Origin: a virus | Lineage: Duplodnaviria > Heunggongvirae > Uroviricota > Caudoviricetes | DNA length: 64,000 nucleotides | Reading direction: 5' to 3' (one strand) | Virus record (IMG/VR): IMGVR_UViG_3300021400_000141 | Location: 64,001-128,000 of that record | Shown here: positions 46,592 through 55,836 of the stretch, piece by piece | Layout: every line of letters begins with the position of its first letter | Numbering within the stretch: position 1 is the stretch's first letter | Made by a program: the position numbers and the translations under genes | The notes under the pieces: generated by a model | The model's input: the letters and a program-made list of their open reading frames with translations, nothing else | Databases searched by the model: none | Told to the model about the DNA's origin: nothing

Positions 46592-46883
46592 ACTCGTCAC
46601 CCAGTTCTCCGTCCATTTCAGGGTCGTCTAACGACCCGTATTCGCCATATTCACCATTTTCCTCATCGTCGTCAACCCGACGCTGGATTTCCTTGACATA
46701 CCCGTTCTTGAATACCCTGTAGGACATGTAGGCCGTCCTGCCAATTATATAGGCAATCAGCCCTCCCATGAGAACTCGGTAGATTTTCGTAAGCTTTTCT
46801 TCATCGTCAAAAAAGTCCTTCAATATGCCTATCAACCCAATTAACTTGACTAGGCGATGCAAATTCGTACTGAATTTTCTCAT
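46581..46883 (-). CDS. Small membrane protein with acidic tail
   Basis: Hydrophobic helix VLMGGLIAYIIG; coupled to the AAA gene. Confidence 0.6.
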   Translation of the reverse strand: MRKFSTNLHRLVKLIGLIGILKDFFDDEEKLTKIYRVLMGGLIAYIIGRTAYMSYRVFKNGYVKEIQRRVDDDEENGEYGEYGSLDDPEMDGELGDEYGD

Positions 46884-46974
46884 AATGAACCCATAGTTTT
46901 ACCCTTAAGATACATTTTTTAGCCCCAACTCGGCAAGGGTCAATTCCCAGAATTTTTCAAAATTATGGCCACTC

Positions 46975-46982
46975 AATAAACT
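46975..46982 (+). promoter_or_regulatory. Late-type promoter variant AATAAACT
   Basis: Upstream of the tail sheath start. Confidence 0.55.
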
Positions 46983-47014
46983 TTATGATGAGTAATGACC
47001 AATATGAGGGTATT

Positions 47015-50000
47015 ATGGCTAGAAAAGGTAGTCCAGGTGTTGCCATCAAGATTGAAGACCGTTCAGGTTATTCTTTCATTGAGAACCCCGCTCTAATCGG
47101 CGGTGTCGTTGGCTACTCCCCTAAGGGCGAATTCAACAAAATCCTGAAAATTACCAATACGGCAAATCAGGATTCTATCCTTGGCCTCGGGTTCAACCAG
47201 GCCAAGTGGAACATGGGTATGTATGCTACCCGTGCCGTACTCAATAACGGCGGTCACGTCCACTTTGTGCGTCCTTACGGCGAACAGGTGGAAAAGACGG
47301 ACGTTCGTAAGTCTGACTTGAAGTCCGATGCATTTGTCGTGTCTTTCGACCGCAATGCGTCCAAGGTTGACTACTACGACAAGTCCCGTACTGCCGAAGA
47401 GAACGAAACCGACGTGGTGCATACTTCTTTCGACATCCGCCACTTTGCGGCTACCCGCTACATTGCGGACGGCTTTGCAGGCTTCGGCGGTAAGCGTAAG
47501 ATTAACACCATTCAGGAAACTATCGCGGAAAACTCCAACGTGGACTTCCAGTTGACCGCTGGAGAAGAGTTCAACGACGAAGGTAAGCCGTCTGACGTGC
47601 GTTCCGACACCAACGTGGTGCTGTTCGCTATCGTCAACAGCGACCCGACCGCCGCAAAGCGTGCTGCCGACCGTTACACGGCAACGGTACGCAAGAACAG
47701 CGACTCTGGCAACAAGAGGCTGGTGACGCTCGTTTGCGACTCTGTCCCCGCATTCAACGTAGGCGACGTTATCTACTTCCCTGCTTCCAACTTCGTTGAG
47801 AGCGAGAAGGGTGTGTACGCTACTGTCAACAAGATTTTGGACACTCAGGTTGTCGCCGAGTACGAAACCGAGATGGACAACGTCCCGACGATGGTGACCA
47901 AGAACGCAACGTTCTTCTGCAACAACGACGATGCCACGACTGGCGTTGACTACCTCGAAGTCAAGACCGCAGTTGCAAACCGTGCTGTCAAGAAGTACGG
48001 CGAGATTAACTACGTCAAGACGAACGGAAAGGTGGACTTCTCCAAGGTCAGAATGGGCGACGCCATCCTGTTGAGAGAACCTGATAGCAATGCGAAGATT
48101 ACACGTATTCTCGGTCTCACAACGGATGAAGAAGTCACTCCTGAAAATTTCGATGCTGCTAGGAAGAATTTCACGTTCAGTCCGAAAAAGGCTGTTCTCG
48201 AAGCTGGCGACAGTGTTACGTTCTACTACGACGTGAAGACTGTTGTTGACGAAGAAGAGGTGACAACCACAAAGAGCATCAAGGGTACAGTTGAGTCCGT
48301 TACAGTTGACAACGTAGTAACGGTAGTGCTTGATAATGCTCTTGAAAGTGCAGCAACGTTGCCGTTCAAGTATTATGAACTGACTTCCGTAGGAAAGGAA
48401 AGTTGCGATGCATCTGCAAAGATTGTAACGCTTAACGTAAATTCCAACCGCCCGAATGTGTTGAACCCAGTTGACACAACCGACCTTAAATTGGACGAGA
48501 CAAATCAAGCCAAGCTTGTTGCCGAGTTCGAAGATAAGGAAGGTGCCACTCCGACGGCAAAGGATAAGGCCAAAGCGCTCATGGATTCAATCAATGGTGA
48601 AGACTCCGTTGTAGCAACATTCAGCTCTGACGGAACATTTACCGTTGAGTCGTATGACCCAGGTGATGAGGACGAAGGTACGCCTGCAACTGCAACAGGT
48701 ACATTGACGTTCGATAAAAAGCTGAGCGACAATGCAATCATCAAATGTGATAAGGGTGAACTGACGAAGGGTTCTGATGGAAGGTGGACATTGACTTACA
48801 CCGATAAGCCAGAAACTGACCCTGTCGAAGGTGACACTGAAAGTGTAACTGGTACAGACACGGAAGAATACCTTGCTGTCAACGTCTCTGGCCCGACCAA
48901 GGTCACTAAGGATGTTCCGACAGAGAAGACTGCCGAAGCCGTAAAATTTACGGTTGAAAGTTATAACTCTGAAACCTTCACTGCAAAAGGAACTGTCAAT
49001 GTTCCTGATGATTTCCCAAAAGCTTCCTATACAGTTGTTGTTGATGAGGTTAGCCTGACGTTGGCTCCATCCACCACAGAAGAAGGCAAGTGGACCTTGG
49101 CCTATCCTGAGGAACCGTCAACGGAACCGACACCTGAAGAAGAAATCGCTTGTGGGGATATCGATTACACGGCTAATGTCCCGACGGACTACTACGTGGT
49201 TTCTCTCGTGTTCCCTGAAAAGCTTCCTTACATGCCATCTGAGCTCAACACTCGTGGTATGGTTGATGTCGGTACTGTATCGGCAGGCGACATTATCAAG
49301 CTTGACACAGCGGGCGAAAAGGAATACTACGTTACCAATGTGACTGGTTCTGGTGCAGTAACCATCACTGAAAAGAATGGTGATGAAGTAGATGGAAACA
49401 CTTCTCTTGGCAGCAAGGTTATCAACCTCACTGCTACGACAAAGAACATCCTCGCTGCGTTCAACCGTGAAGGTTTCGCAATCAACACCTATCTTGGAAA
49501 CAATGTAACTCAGATTACCGACCCGTCCGACAAGACGAAGTACAACACGACGACCACAATCGGCGTGCAAGTGCCTTTCGGAACTGCCACTCAGTACGGA
49601 GTTGGTGACCTTGTTGCATTCGTCCCACAGAAGACGAACAAGAAGGATGACAGCGAAATCATCTTCGGTAAGAACGATATCTACGTTGTCAAGAACATCA
49701 ACACGTTCAAGGACATCGTGATACTCAGCCACACTGGTGACATCGTGTTCGATAAGGAAACTGGAAAGGCTGACAAGTTCGGTGACTACAGCACATGGAA
49801 GCTGGTTGACCTTACCGCATCCAACGCCAACATCTGGACGGCTGGAAAGGACGGTCTGACGTTCTACATGCTCGGTGCTTACGACCTGACTGTTCCATCG
49901 AATGTTCAGGAAGAAGACTTCCTCGTTGTTGGTGAAAAGGAAGGTGAATATGACCTGCTCAAATTCGCCTACACGACATACAACGGTGGTGTAGTCCAGC

Positions 50001-51403
50001 GTACCGACAAGCTCCTTGTGAGCGACGACGTTGGTGCTTCGTTCAACGCAATGGGTCTTGCCTCTGTGAAGTACGAAGATGTGAACTTCAATGGCGTTGC
50101 AAAGCAGGTGTACGTGCTTTCTTCGGAAGGCGAGGCCATCGCAAGGATGTACCTCTACATCACCTACCACTTCAACGGCAAGTCTTACGATATGGAAGGA
50201 ACCATTGTTCCTTACGTCCACGACGATGGAAACCTCTTCATTGGTGACATGGCCGACTCTGTTCTCACGGACAGCGGTGCAAGGCTTCTCATCAACGACA
50301 GCGGCATCCTCGACAACTTCTTGACGAACAACGCTTACGACATGTCTCAGAGCGTTGAAAACGGACACCTCGACTCTGTTTCCACGATGCTCTCGTACGA
50401 TGAACGCGACCCCGCAATCATCAACGACGCTATCTGGGAATACACGCCGGCCAACAACAGCGACACGGCAACTCTGGCCAACGCTTGGAACCTCTTCCTC
50501 GACAAGGACGGTACTGACGTGTCTATGCTCATCGGTGCTGGTACGGGTATCAACAACCTGTTCAAGAAGAACCGTGAAACTCTCGACGGAACGGTTATTT
50601 CCGCTATCCTTAACGTCTGCGAACTCCGTAAGGACTGCTTTGCCATCCTTGACGGCGTAGGCGAAGCCAACATCGAAACGACCCTCAGGAAGATGATTGG
50701 CTCTCAGGGATTTGGTGTTAAGGGCCGCTGGGGTGCCATCTACGATGGTCGCGGTATCTTCTTCGACAGCTACTACACTCTCATGAACGTAGAAGTCGTG
50801 AAGTCCGTACAGTTGGCATCCATCATCACGGCTAACGCTGCCAACGGAATTTGGTGGTTGCCGCCTGCTGGTGAAATCAACGCTGTAATTCCGACGGAAT
50901 GGGGCGTAACCGAAAAGTATCCGAGAACCTTCAAGTATCCTGAAGACACGGATTCCAACATTGCACGTCTTACTGAAATCAGGGTCAACCCGACTCGTTT
51001 CAACAGCCGTGGAATGTTCATCTGGGGTGACTTCACGATGCAGAAGGAAAGTTCTGCGTTCGACCAGATTCATGTGGCTATGCTCTTGGCTGGTATTCAC
51101 AAGATGTTCTATCACTACCTCGATAGAAAGGTCTTCCAGTTGAATACGACCAACCTGCGTACCAACATTCAGTCGGACTTGCAGGCTCAACTTGATGCAA
51201 TCATGAACGCTAACCCGGCTGGTTTGTACTCAGGTACGGCAATCTGCGATGACACGAACAACACGCCTGACGTAATCGACAGGAACGAGCTGCACGTTGA
51301 CCTTCGCTTGAAGCCGACCAAGACCTCTCGCTGGATTACATTGAGGACTATTGTTGAATCCAATGGTTCTAGCAACACTCAGACCACTTCACTTTATGTG
51401 TAA
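47015..51403 (+). CDS. Contractile tail sheath protein (T4 gp18-like) with large inserted domains
   Basis: SPGVAIKIEDRS N-terminus, RKDCFAILD, WWLPPAG, VNP, WGDFT, FDQIHV, CDDTNNTPDVIDRNEL...LKP C-terminus. Confidence 0.93.
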   Translation: MARKGSPGVAIKIEDRSGYSFIENPALIGGVVGYSPKGEFNKILKITNTANQDSILGLGFNQAKWNMGMYATRAVLNNGGHVHFVRPYGEQVEKTDVRKSDLKSDAFVVSFDRNASKVDYYDKSRTAEENETDVVHTSFDIRHFAATRYIADGFAGFGGKRKINTIQETIAENSNVDFQLTAGEEFNDEGKPSDVRSDTNVVLFAIVNSDPTAAKRAADRYTATVRKNSDSGNKRLVTLVCDSVPAFNVGDVIYFPASNFVESEKGVYATVNKILDTQVVAEYETEMDNVPTMVTKNATFFCNNDDATTGVDYLEVKTAVANRAVKKYGEINYVKTNGKVDFSKVRMGDAILLREPDSNAKITRILGLTTDEEVTPENFDAARKNFTFSPKKAVLEAGDSVTFYYDVKTVVDEEEVTTTKSIKGTVESVTVDNVVTVVLDNALESAATLPFKYYELTSVGKESCDASAKIVTLNVNSNRPNVLNPVDTTDLKLDETNQAKLVAEFEDKEGATPTAKDKAKALMDSINGEDSVVATFSSDGTFTVESYDPGDEDEGTPATATGTLTFDKKLSDNAIIKCDKGELTKGSDGRWTLTYTDKPETDPVEGDTESVTGTDTEEYLAVNVSGPTKVTKDVPTEKTAEAVKFTVESYNSETFTAKGTVNVPDDFPKASYTVVVDEVSLTLAPSTTEEGKWTLAYPEEPSTEPTPEEEIACGDIDYTANVPTDYYVVSLVFPEKLPYMPSELNTRGMVDVGTVSAGDIIKLDTAGEKEYYVTNVTGSGAVTITEKNGDEVDGNTSLGSKVINLTATTKNILAAFNREGFAINTYLGNNVTQITDPSDKTKYNTTTTIGVQVPFGTATQYGVGDLVAFVPQKTNKKDDSEIIFGKNDIYVVKNINTFKDIVILSHTGDIVFDKETGKADKFGDYSTWKLVDLTASNANIWTAGKDGLTFYMLGAYDLTVPSNVQEEDFLVVGEKEGEYDLLKFAYTTYNGGVVQRTDKLLVSDDVGASFNAMGLASVKYEDVNFNGVAKQVYVLSSEGEAIARMYLYITYHFNGKSYDMEGTIVPYVHDDGNLFIGDMADSVLTDSGARLLINDSGILDNFLTNNAYDMSQSVENGHLDSVSTMLSYDERDPAIINDAIWEYTPANNSDTATLANAWNLFLDKDGTDVSMLIGAGTGINNLFKKNRETLDGTVISAILNVCELRKDCFAILDGVGEANIETTLRKMIGSQGFGVKGRWGAIYDGRGIFFDSYYTLMNVEVVKSVQLASIITANAANGIWWLPPAGEINAVIPTEWGVTEKYPRTFKYPEDTDSNIARLTEIRVNPTRFNSRGMFIWGDFTMQKESSAFDQIHVAMLLAGIHKMFYHYLDRKVFQLNTTNLRTNIQSDLQAQLDAIMNANPAGLYSGTAICDDTNNTPDVIDRNELHVDLRLKPTKTSRWITLRTIVESNGSSNTQTTSLYV

Positions 51404-51416
51404 TGGGAGGTAAAAT

Positions 51417-52142
51417 ATGGGTATCAATACAACCATTAGCGAAGAAATGAAAAGAAAGGTGTTCTTTGGCGCTGCCATTGACACCTTGGCTGACCCGTAT
51501 AGAACCAGCCGTTGGAGGATGCTGATTTCCGCAGACATCTTCCACGCTTTCGGTATGGGTCTTCAAAACCACGACCAGTTCGACATTCAGGATGGCGAAG
51601 CTTCCTTCGCCCTGTACGTTCAAACGCCTCCTACCATCCCGTCTGTAAAGATTGAGGATAAGGCGTTTCAGTACATGGGCTTCAATAAGTGGTATCCTAC
51701 TGGACAGACACAACTCGATGGTGAATTCAACATCGGCGGTGTCTGTACGGAAGACATGGCCCCGTACGAAGCAATGATGGAATGGCGTAACCTCATCTAC
51801 AACACTGGTGAGCTTACCATGTCGAACCGTTCTGATGCCAACTGGCAGACGAACCGTATCGCACAGGATTCCGCCAACCACATTCACCTCGGTCTCGGCC
51901 AACAGGCCAACTGGCCCAACCCGACGGTTCAGTTGCTCCGTAACCAGACCGTGACGCTCGAATACTACGACTGGATGTATGGTGACTGCATCTTCTCCAT
52001 CACGTATATCAACGCATGGCCGAAGCAAGTCAAACTCCCCAAGCAGGGAACCTACGGTGTGGCCGACCTCGGTACATGGGAAGCCACGTTCAGGTACGAC
52101 AGGTTCACAATCTGGATTCCGCCTGGATACAAGTACGTCTAA
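51417..52142 (+). CDS. Tail tube protein (T4 gp19-like)
   Basis: Directly after sheath; DPYRTSRW, EWRNLIYN, NAWPKQV, ATFRYD. Confidence 0.8.
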   Translation: MGINTTISEEMKRKVFFGAAIDTLADPYRTSRWRMLISADIFHAFGMGLQNHDQFDIQDGEASFALYVQTPPTIPSVKIEDKAFQYMGFNKWYPTGQTQLDGEFNIGGVCTEDMAPYEAMMEWRNLIYNTGELTMSNRSDANWQTNRIAQDSANHIHLGLGQQANWPNPTVQLLRNQTVTLEYYDWMYGDCIFSITYINAWPKQVKLPKQGTYGVADLGTWEATFRYDRFTIWIPPGYKYV

Positions 52143-52158
52143 TCGACGTGAAAACATT

Positions 52159-52192
52159 AAAGGGCAAGCATCTCGCTTGCCCTTTTCTTTTA
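52159..52192. terminator. Intrinsic terminator after tail tube
   Basis: AAAGGGCAAGC-loop-GCTTGCCCTTT followed by a T-tract. Confidence 0.85.
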
Positions 52193-52205
52193 TATGGAGT
52201 TTTGA

Positions 52206-52757
52206 TTAAACGCCTCGCTTCCAATGGAGATAATCCATCGTATCCTCAGGAATTACGGGGCCGTTTTTCGGCTCGTGTTCAAGCTTACCTTCTGGCGTGA
52301 CTTTGATAAGCTCGTCGCCAACAAGAGCCATGCATCCCTCGACATGTTTGTCACTAATCTGTTTAAGCGTGGCAAGATAAGCCTCACGGTTGCGGGCGAC
52401 ACCAATCAGCTTGATACTTCCCTTTAACGGGTAATAGAAACTGACAGGGTCCATAACCTTGTTTTCGACCACAACAGGAACCCCGCTGAATTCATCCTTG
52501 AGGCTATCGATAAGTTCGCTAACAGGGTTGCTTTCGAGATACATCATGCCATCCACGATGAGCCTCTCCAGCTGCTCAACTATACCATAGTCTTCATAAA
52601 GCACACGACGAATTTTATGGTACTTGTCTTCAAAAGTACCCTGCCATTCAACAGCATCTTTCAGGTTACGACTGATGAACTTTAGCCTGTCGATTGTACT
52701 CTGATATTGATAAAGTGCGGTTGATACCAACTGTATTTCATCTTCGTCCAACAACAT
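52206..52757 (-). CDS. Hypothetical protein
   Basis: AAGGAG RBS before MLLDEDEI. Confidence 0.65.
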   Translation of the reverse strand: MLLDEDEIQLVSTALYQYQSTIDRLKFISRNLKDAVEWQGTFEDKYHKIRRVLYEDYGIVEQLERLIVDGMMYLESNPVSELIDSLKDEFSGVPVVVENKVMDPVSFYYPLKGSIKLIGVARNREAYLATLKQISDKHVEGCMALVGDELIKVTPEGKLEHEPKNGPVIPEDTMDYLHWKRGV

Positions 52758-52770
52758 AGTCGTTCTCCTT

Positions 52771-53259
52771 TTATTCTGCTCCGCCCCAGTTAATCGGGAA
52801 CCATTTTTCAACTTCATCCTTCTTGCAAAGGTAGTCGTCAGCGGTTTCGTCGTCCCAGCACTCCTCGTGCTTGTTCCAGACAGCAAATCGGCATCCTTTG
52901 TATTCGGGCCAGATGGCAACAGGTTCATCATTGTCAGGTACTTCATCTTCGGTGACATGCCATCCGCTACCGAGACAACCTGGCTTGCAGTTCTTCGGGA
53001 GCATGTTGTTGTTCATGTATGCGAAGTGAGTGACGTTGCTATCCTTGAGCATAAGGATGCCACCCATTTGACCCAATATACGGAAGCTACCTTGGATGTA
53101 GTATCCGCTATAAATAAGGTCTGGTTCCTTGTCCGTAACCATGAACAGGAGAATTCCTTCACGAGGAGTTTCCTTGCCCACCTCGTACCAGTTCATCTCG
53201 ACTTGACATCTTAATTCCATATAGGTCTCCTTGTTTAAGCTTGCTTGAATTTTGGCCAC
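52771..53259 (-). CDS. Tandem DUF551-like protein
   Basis: Two W...E.P units ending VTHFAY and VEKWFPI. Confidence 0.6.
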   Translation of the reverse strand: MAKIQASLNKETYMELRCQVEMNWYEVGKETPREGILLFMVTDKEPDLIYSGYYIQGSFRILGQMGGILMLKDSNVTHFAYMNNNMLPKNCKPGCLGSGWHVTEDEVPDNDEPVAIWPEYKGCRFAVWNKHEECWDDETADDYLCKKDEVEKWFPINWGGAE

Positions 53260-53489
53260 GCACTCAGTTCCAACGGAGTTGCATCAGTGGCCACATCATC
53301 ACCATACATTTTACGGAGTGCCTCTCTTGCATTTACCAACAGGGTATGCGGCTCAGTGAACTTGAAGAACACAGTAACCTTATCAGCCGTTGGCTTGAGC
53401 TTGAATGTTGCACACCATATATTACTCACGTTCCGTTCCCCTATAATAAAGGAATACATCGTCGTTAGAATGAACAATCTGGACAACAT
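53235..53489 (-). CDS. Hypothetical protein
   Basis: Short ORF in the run. Confidence 0.45.
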   Translation of the reverse strand: MLSRLFILTTMYSFIIGERNVSNIWCATFKLKPTADKVTVFFKFTEPHTLLVNAREALRKMYGDDVATDATPLELSAWPKFKQA

Positions 53490-53585
53490 CTATTCCCTTA
53501 TTGTCATTGACAAAGTCGCAGCATGCGTTAGCCGTTACCATAATAGCTTCGGCTGTTCCATAAAATCGTTTAACATGAAGTTCTT

Positions 53586-53990
53586 TCATATTTTCTCCAA
53601 AGTGTCAAAGAGTTTAAGTGTTTTCGTAAGCTTTCCTTCATCGTATGGGAAACTTTCCGTGGCGTTGCTGCATTTCAAATCATACGGCCTGTCTGGATAG
53701 ACATAGTACTGGCTGTAGCTGTTTACGCACGATGCGCAAATTTCCAGCTTTTCATCCTTATACTTGAAATCACAAAGCATCCGCTTATCAGGCTTGCGCC
53801 TGTTACAAAGCACCGCCCGATAGGTCACAGATATTGTGTCCATTTTGATTACGGATTGAAGTTCATACCCTGTGGGTATGGACTTCTTTACAAGTGTACG
53901 GACAACGGATTTCAGCTTAGGTTCGGTGTACACTAACCGCTTGGCTAGATGGCAAAAATACTCTGGGCTGTTAGGCGTAGTCATAATCAA
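53586..53990 (-). CDS. Hypothetical protein
   Basis: 134-aa ORF after the MTase. Confidence 0.55.
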   Translation of the reverse strand: MIMTTPNSPEYFCHLAKRLVYTEPKLKSVVRTLVKKSIPTGYELQSVIKMDTISVTYRAVLCNRRKPDKRMLCDFKYKDEKLEICASCVNSYSQYYVYPDRPYDLKCSNATESFPYDEGKLTKTLKLFDTLEKI

Positions 53991-53994
53991 TTAC

Positions 53995-55482
53995 TTATCC
54001 AATGTATATGATTTTCGGGTCCTTAATCAGGCTAAGTCTGTAGTTGAGATAGCATTCAAGGTCATGGGAACTGAATGAGTAGTAGCCACCACTCTTGTAG
54101 TTCTTCAACAATGCAACATAGTCGGTAAACCGCCTCTCGGTCAGCAATGCTGTCAGAACAGTGATGTCAACTCGGCAGTCGTTACCCATGATGTACAAAC
54201 CAGAGTAGACACCCTTTCCAGCCTCGGCATAGTTCACCTTGACCGTGTCATTTCCCTTAACGACAGTGTTCACTGCAAGCTTGTTCTTGTAGACATCGTT
54301 GATTGCCTGGGTTCTACCGAAGTGGCACCAGTCCAAATCTGGTTTGTCCTTTCTGCCCTTCAAGAGTTCCTTCTTGTGGTGGATAAGGAAGGCTTCGACA
54401 GAGTCATCCATCGAATCGCCAAAGCGGTGCGGCTTCAACAGGTCTTCCTTCGGAATTGGATGGCCACCGACATCATACGGATAAAAACAGGTTCCCCACT
54501 TTCCAGTAGATGCCTTCAGGACAGGAATACAGTACATTCTCGGGAGGTCATCAGCGTCGATGAACACACTGTCGGCAAGGGTTGCAAAACCGTTTTTGAC
54601 AACAACCTTTTTCGGGTAATTGCCTGACTTGATTTCGCGGAGTTCTTTCAATTCGCTCCAACTTCCGATATAGAACTTTCCTTCGATAGTCATGTCGGAT
54701 AGAGGCAACCAGTTGCATGTATTGTCCAGAAGCTGGTCCAACTCGTTGATGTTGGCAACCTTGACATAGGAATCATGCTGGTTCTTGTCTATGCAGGTAA
54801 TCATAGAGTAAGTCGTGATGCCCTTGAACACCTGCTTGTGCCCGAAGTCGATAAGGCACGAAAGGTTTCCGTTTTCCAGCAAATACTTTCTGAAATTCGC
54901 ACCAGATGTAGAGTGCATCCAAGACGACGGGGTGATATACGAGAGGATGCCCTTGTCATTAAGCATCCTGATACCCAGCTCGAAGAAGGCTAGATACAGG
55001 TCGCACATTCCTTGGTCGGCAAACTTGTAGTTCTTGACAACATCGTACAGCTTTCCGAGATTGTGAACACGGACGTAAGGCGGGTTGCCAACAACATAGT
55101 CCATCTTTCCGTCATAATCCTTGATTGAAAGGGCGTTGCCAAGACGGATATCCCATTTCACGTCGTTTACGCCGTACATTGCCGCTGTATCGTCAAGTCT
55201 TTTCTTCAACTGACGGAAGTTCGACTTGTTCAGTTCGATTGCGTGGATGTAGGTTTCAAGCGCTTCCTTCAATCCCTTCTTGCCCTTCTTGACACGGATG
55301 TATTCAACGCAATATCTGGAAATGGCGGCAACGACGATGTTTCCGTCGCCCGCACTGTTGTCCATAAAGTGGTGTTCAAGGATACGTTCGGCCCCGACAT
55401 ATTTGGCAACATCGAGAAGGACATTTACGATATTCAACGGGGTAAAAATCTTACCTTCTTCTTTCAATGCATTTTTAATCAT
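53995..55482 (-). CDS. N6-adenine DNA methyltransferase (gamma class, Eco57I/TaqI-like), no cognate endonuclease seen
   Basis: IFTP, FMDNSAGDGN (motif I), VGNPPY (motif IV), DLYLAFFE, YITP. Confidence 0.88.
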   Translation of the reverse strand: MIKNALKEEGKIFTPLNIVNVLLDVAKYVGAERILEHHFMDNSAGDGNIVVAAISRYCVEYIRVKKGKKGLKEALETYIHAIELNKSNFRQLKKRLDDTAAMYGVNDVKWDIRLGNALSIKDYDGKMDYVVGNPPYVRVHNLGKLYDVVKNYKFADQGMCDLYLAFFELGIRMLNDKGILSYITPSSWMHSTSGANFRKYLLENGNLSCLIDFGHKQVFKGITTYSMITCIDKNQHDSYVKVANINELDQLLDNTCNWLPLSDMTIEGKFYIGSWSELKELREIKSGNYPKKVVVKNGFATLADSVFIDADDLPRMYCIPVLKASTGKWGTCFYPYDVGGHPIPKEDLLKPHRFGDSMDDSVEAFLIHHKKELLKGRKDKPDLDWCHFGRTQAINDVYKNKLAVNTVVKGNDTVKVNYAEAGKGVYSGLYIMGNDCRVDITVLTALLTERRFTDYVALLKNYKSGGYYSFSSHDLECYLNYRLSLIKDPKIIYIG

Positions 55483-55835
55483 AGTTTCATTCCCGCCTGT
55501 TCAAGCACTATCGCCTTTGCAGAATTGTAATCCATACCAAATTCTTTCATGTATGCGGCAATTTCCGCTTTGAGTTCAGCAACACGCTTTCCTCTTGTAG
55601 GATTGTACTGCATGTTCAAACGCATTCCCTGCAAGCAGTCAAACGCATGAGCCTGTTGCTTCTTCGTAAGACGGAAGAAACTCTGGGTATTTGTCTGGAG
55701 CAGGATGTCATCCACCTTCGGGTCACGTTCGAGAGCGACCTGCACAAGAAACGGCTCAAACCCTTCCTCTTCATCGACAGAAACAGGAACACCAGCCATG
55801 CGGTTTCTAAGAAATTGCGAAACACTGAATTTCAT
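55479..55835 (-). CDS. Putative clamp loader small subunit (T4 gp62 position)
   Basis: 118 aa directly downstream of the gp44-like gene; FEPFLVQVAL resembles the gp62 core. Confidence 0.5.
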   Translation of the reverse strand: MKFSVSQFLRNRMAGVPVSVDEEEGFEPFLVQVALERDPKVDDILLQTNTQSFFRLTKKQQAHAFDCLQGMRLNMQYNPTRGKRVAELKAEIAAYMKEFGMDYNSAKAIVLEQAGMKL

Positions 55836-55836
55836 A

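Noticed and set aside
47093-51190. 471-aa and 690-aa minus-strand ORFs inside the tail sheath
   Set aside because: Antisense shadows with V/D/E-rich nonsense composition and no motifs
53995-55482. Complete restriction-modification system
   Set aside because: No PD-(D/E)xK, HNH or GIY-YIG endonuclease recognised next to the MTase
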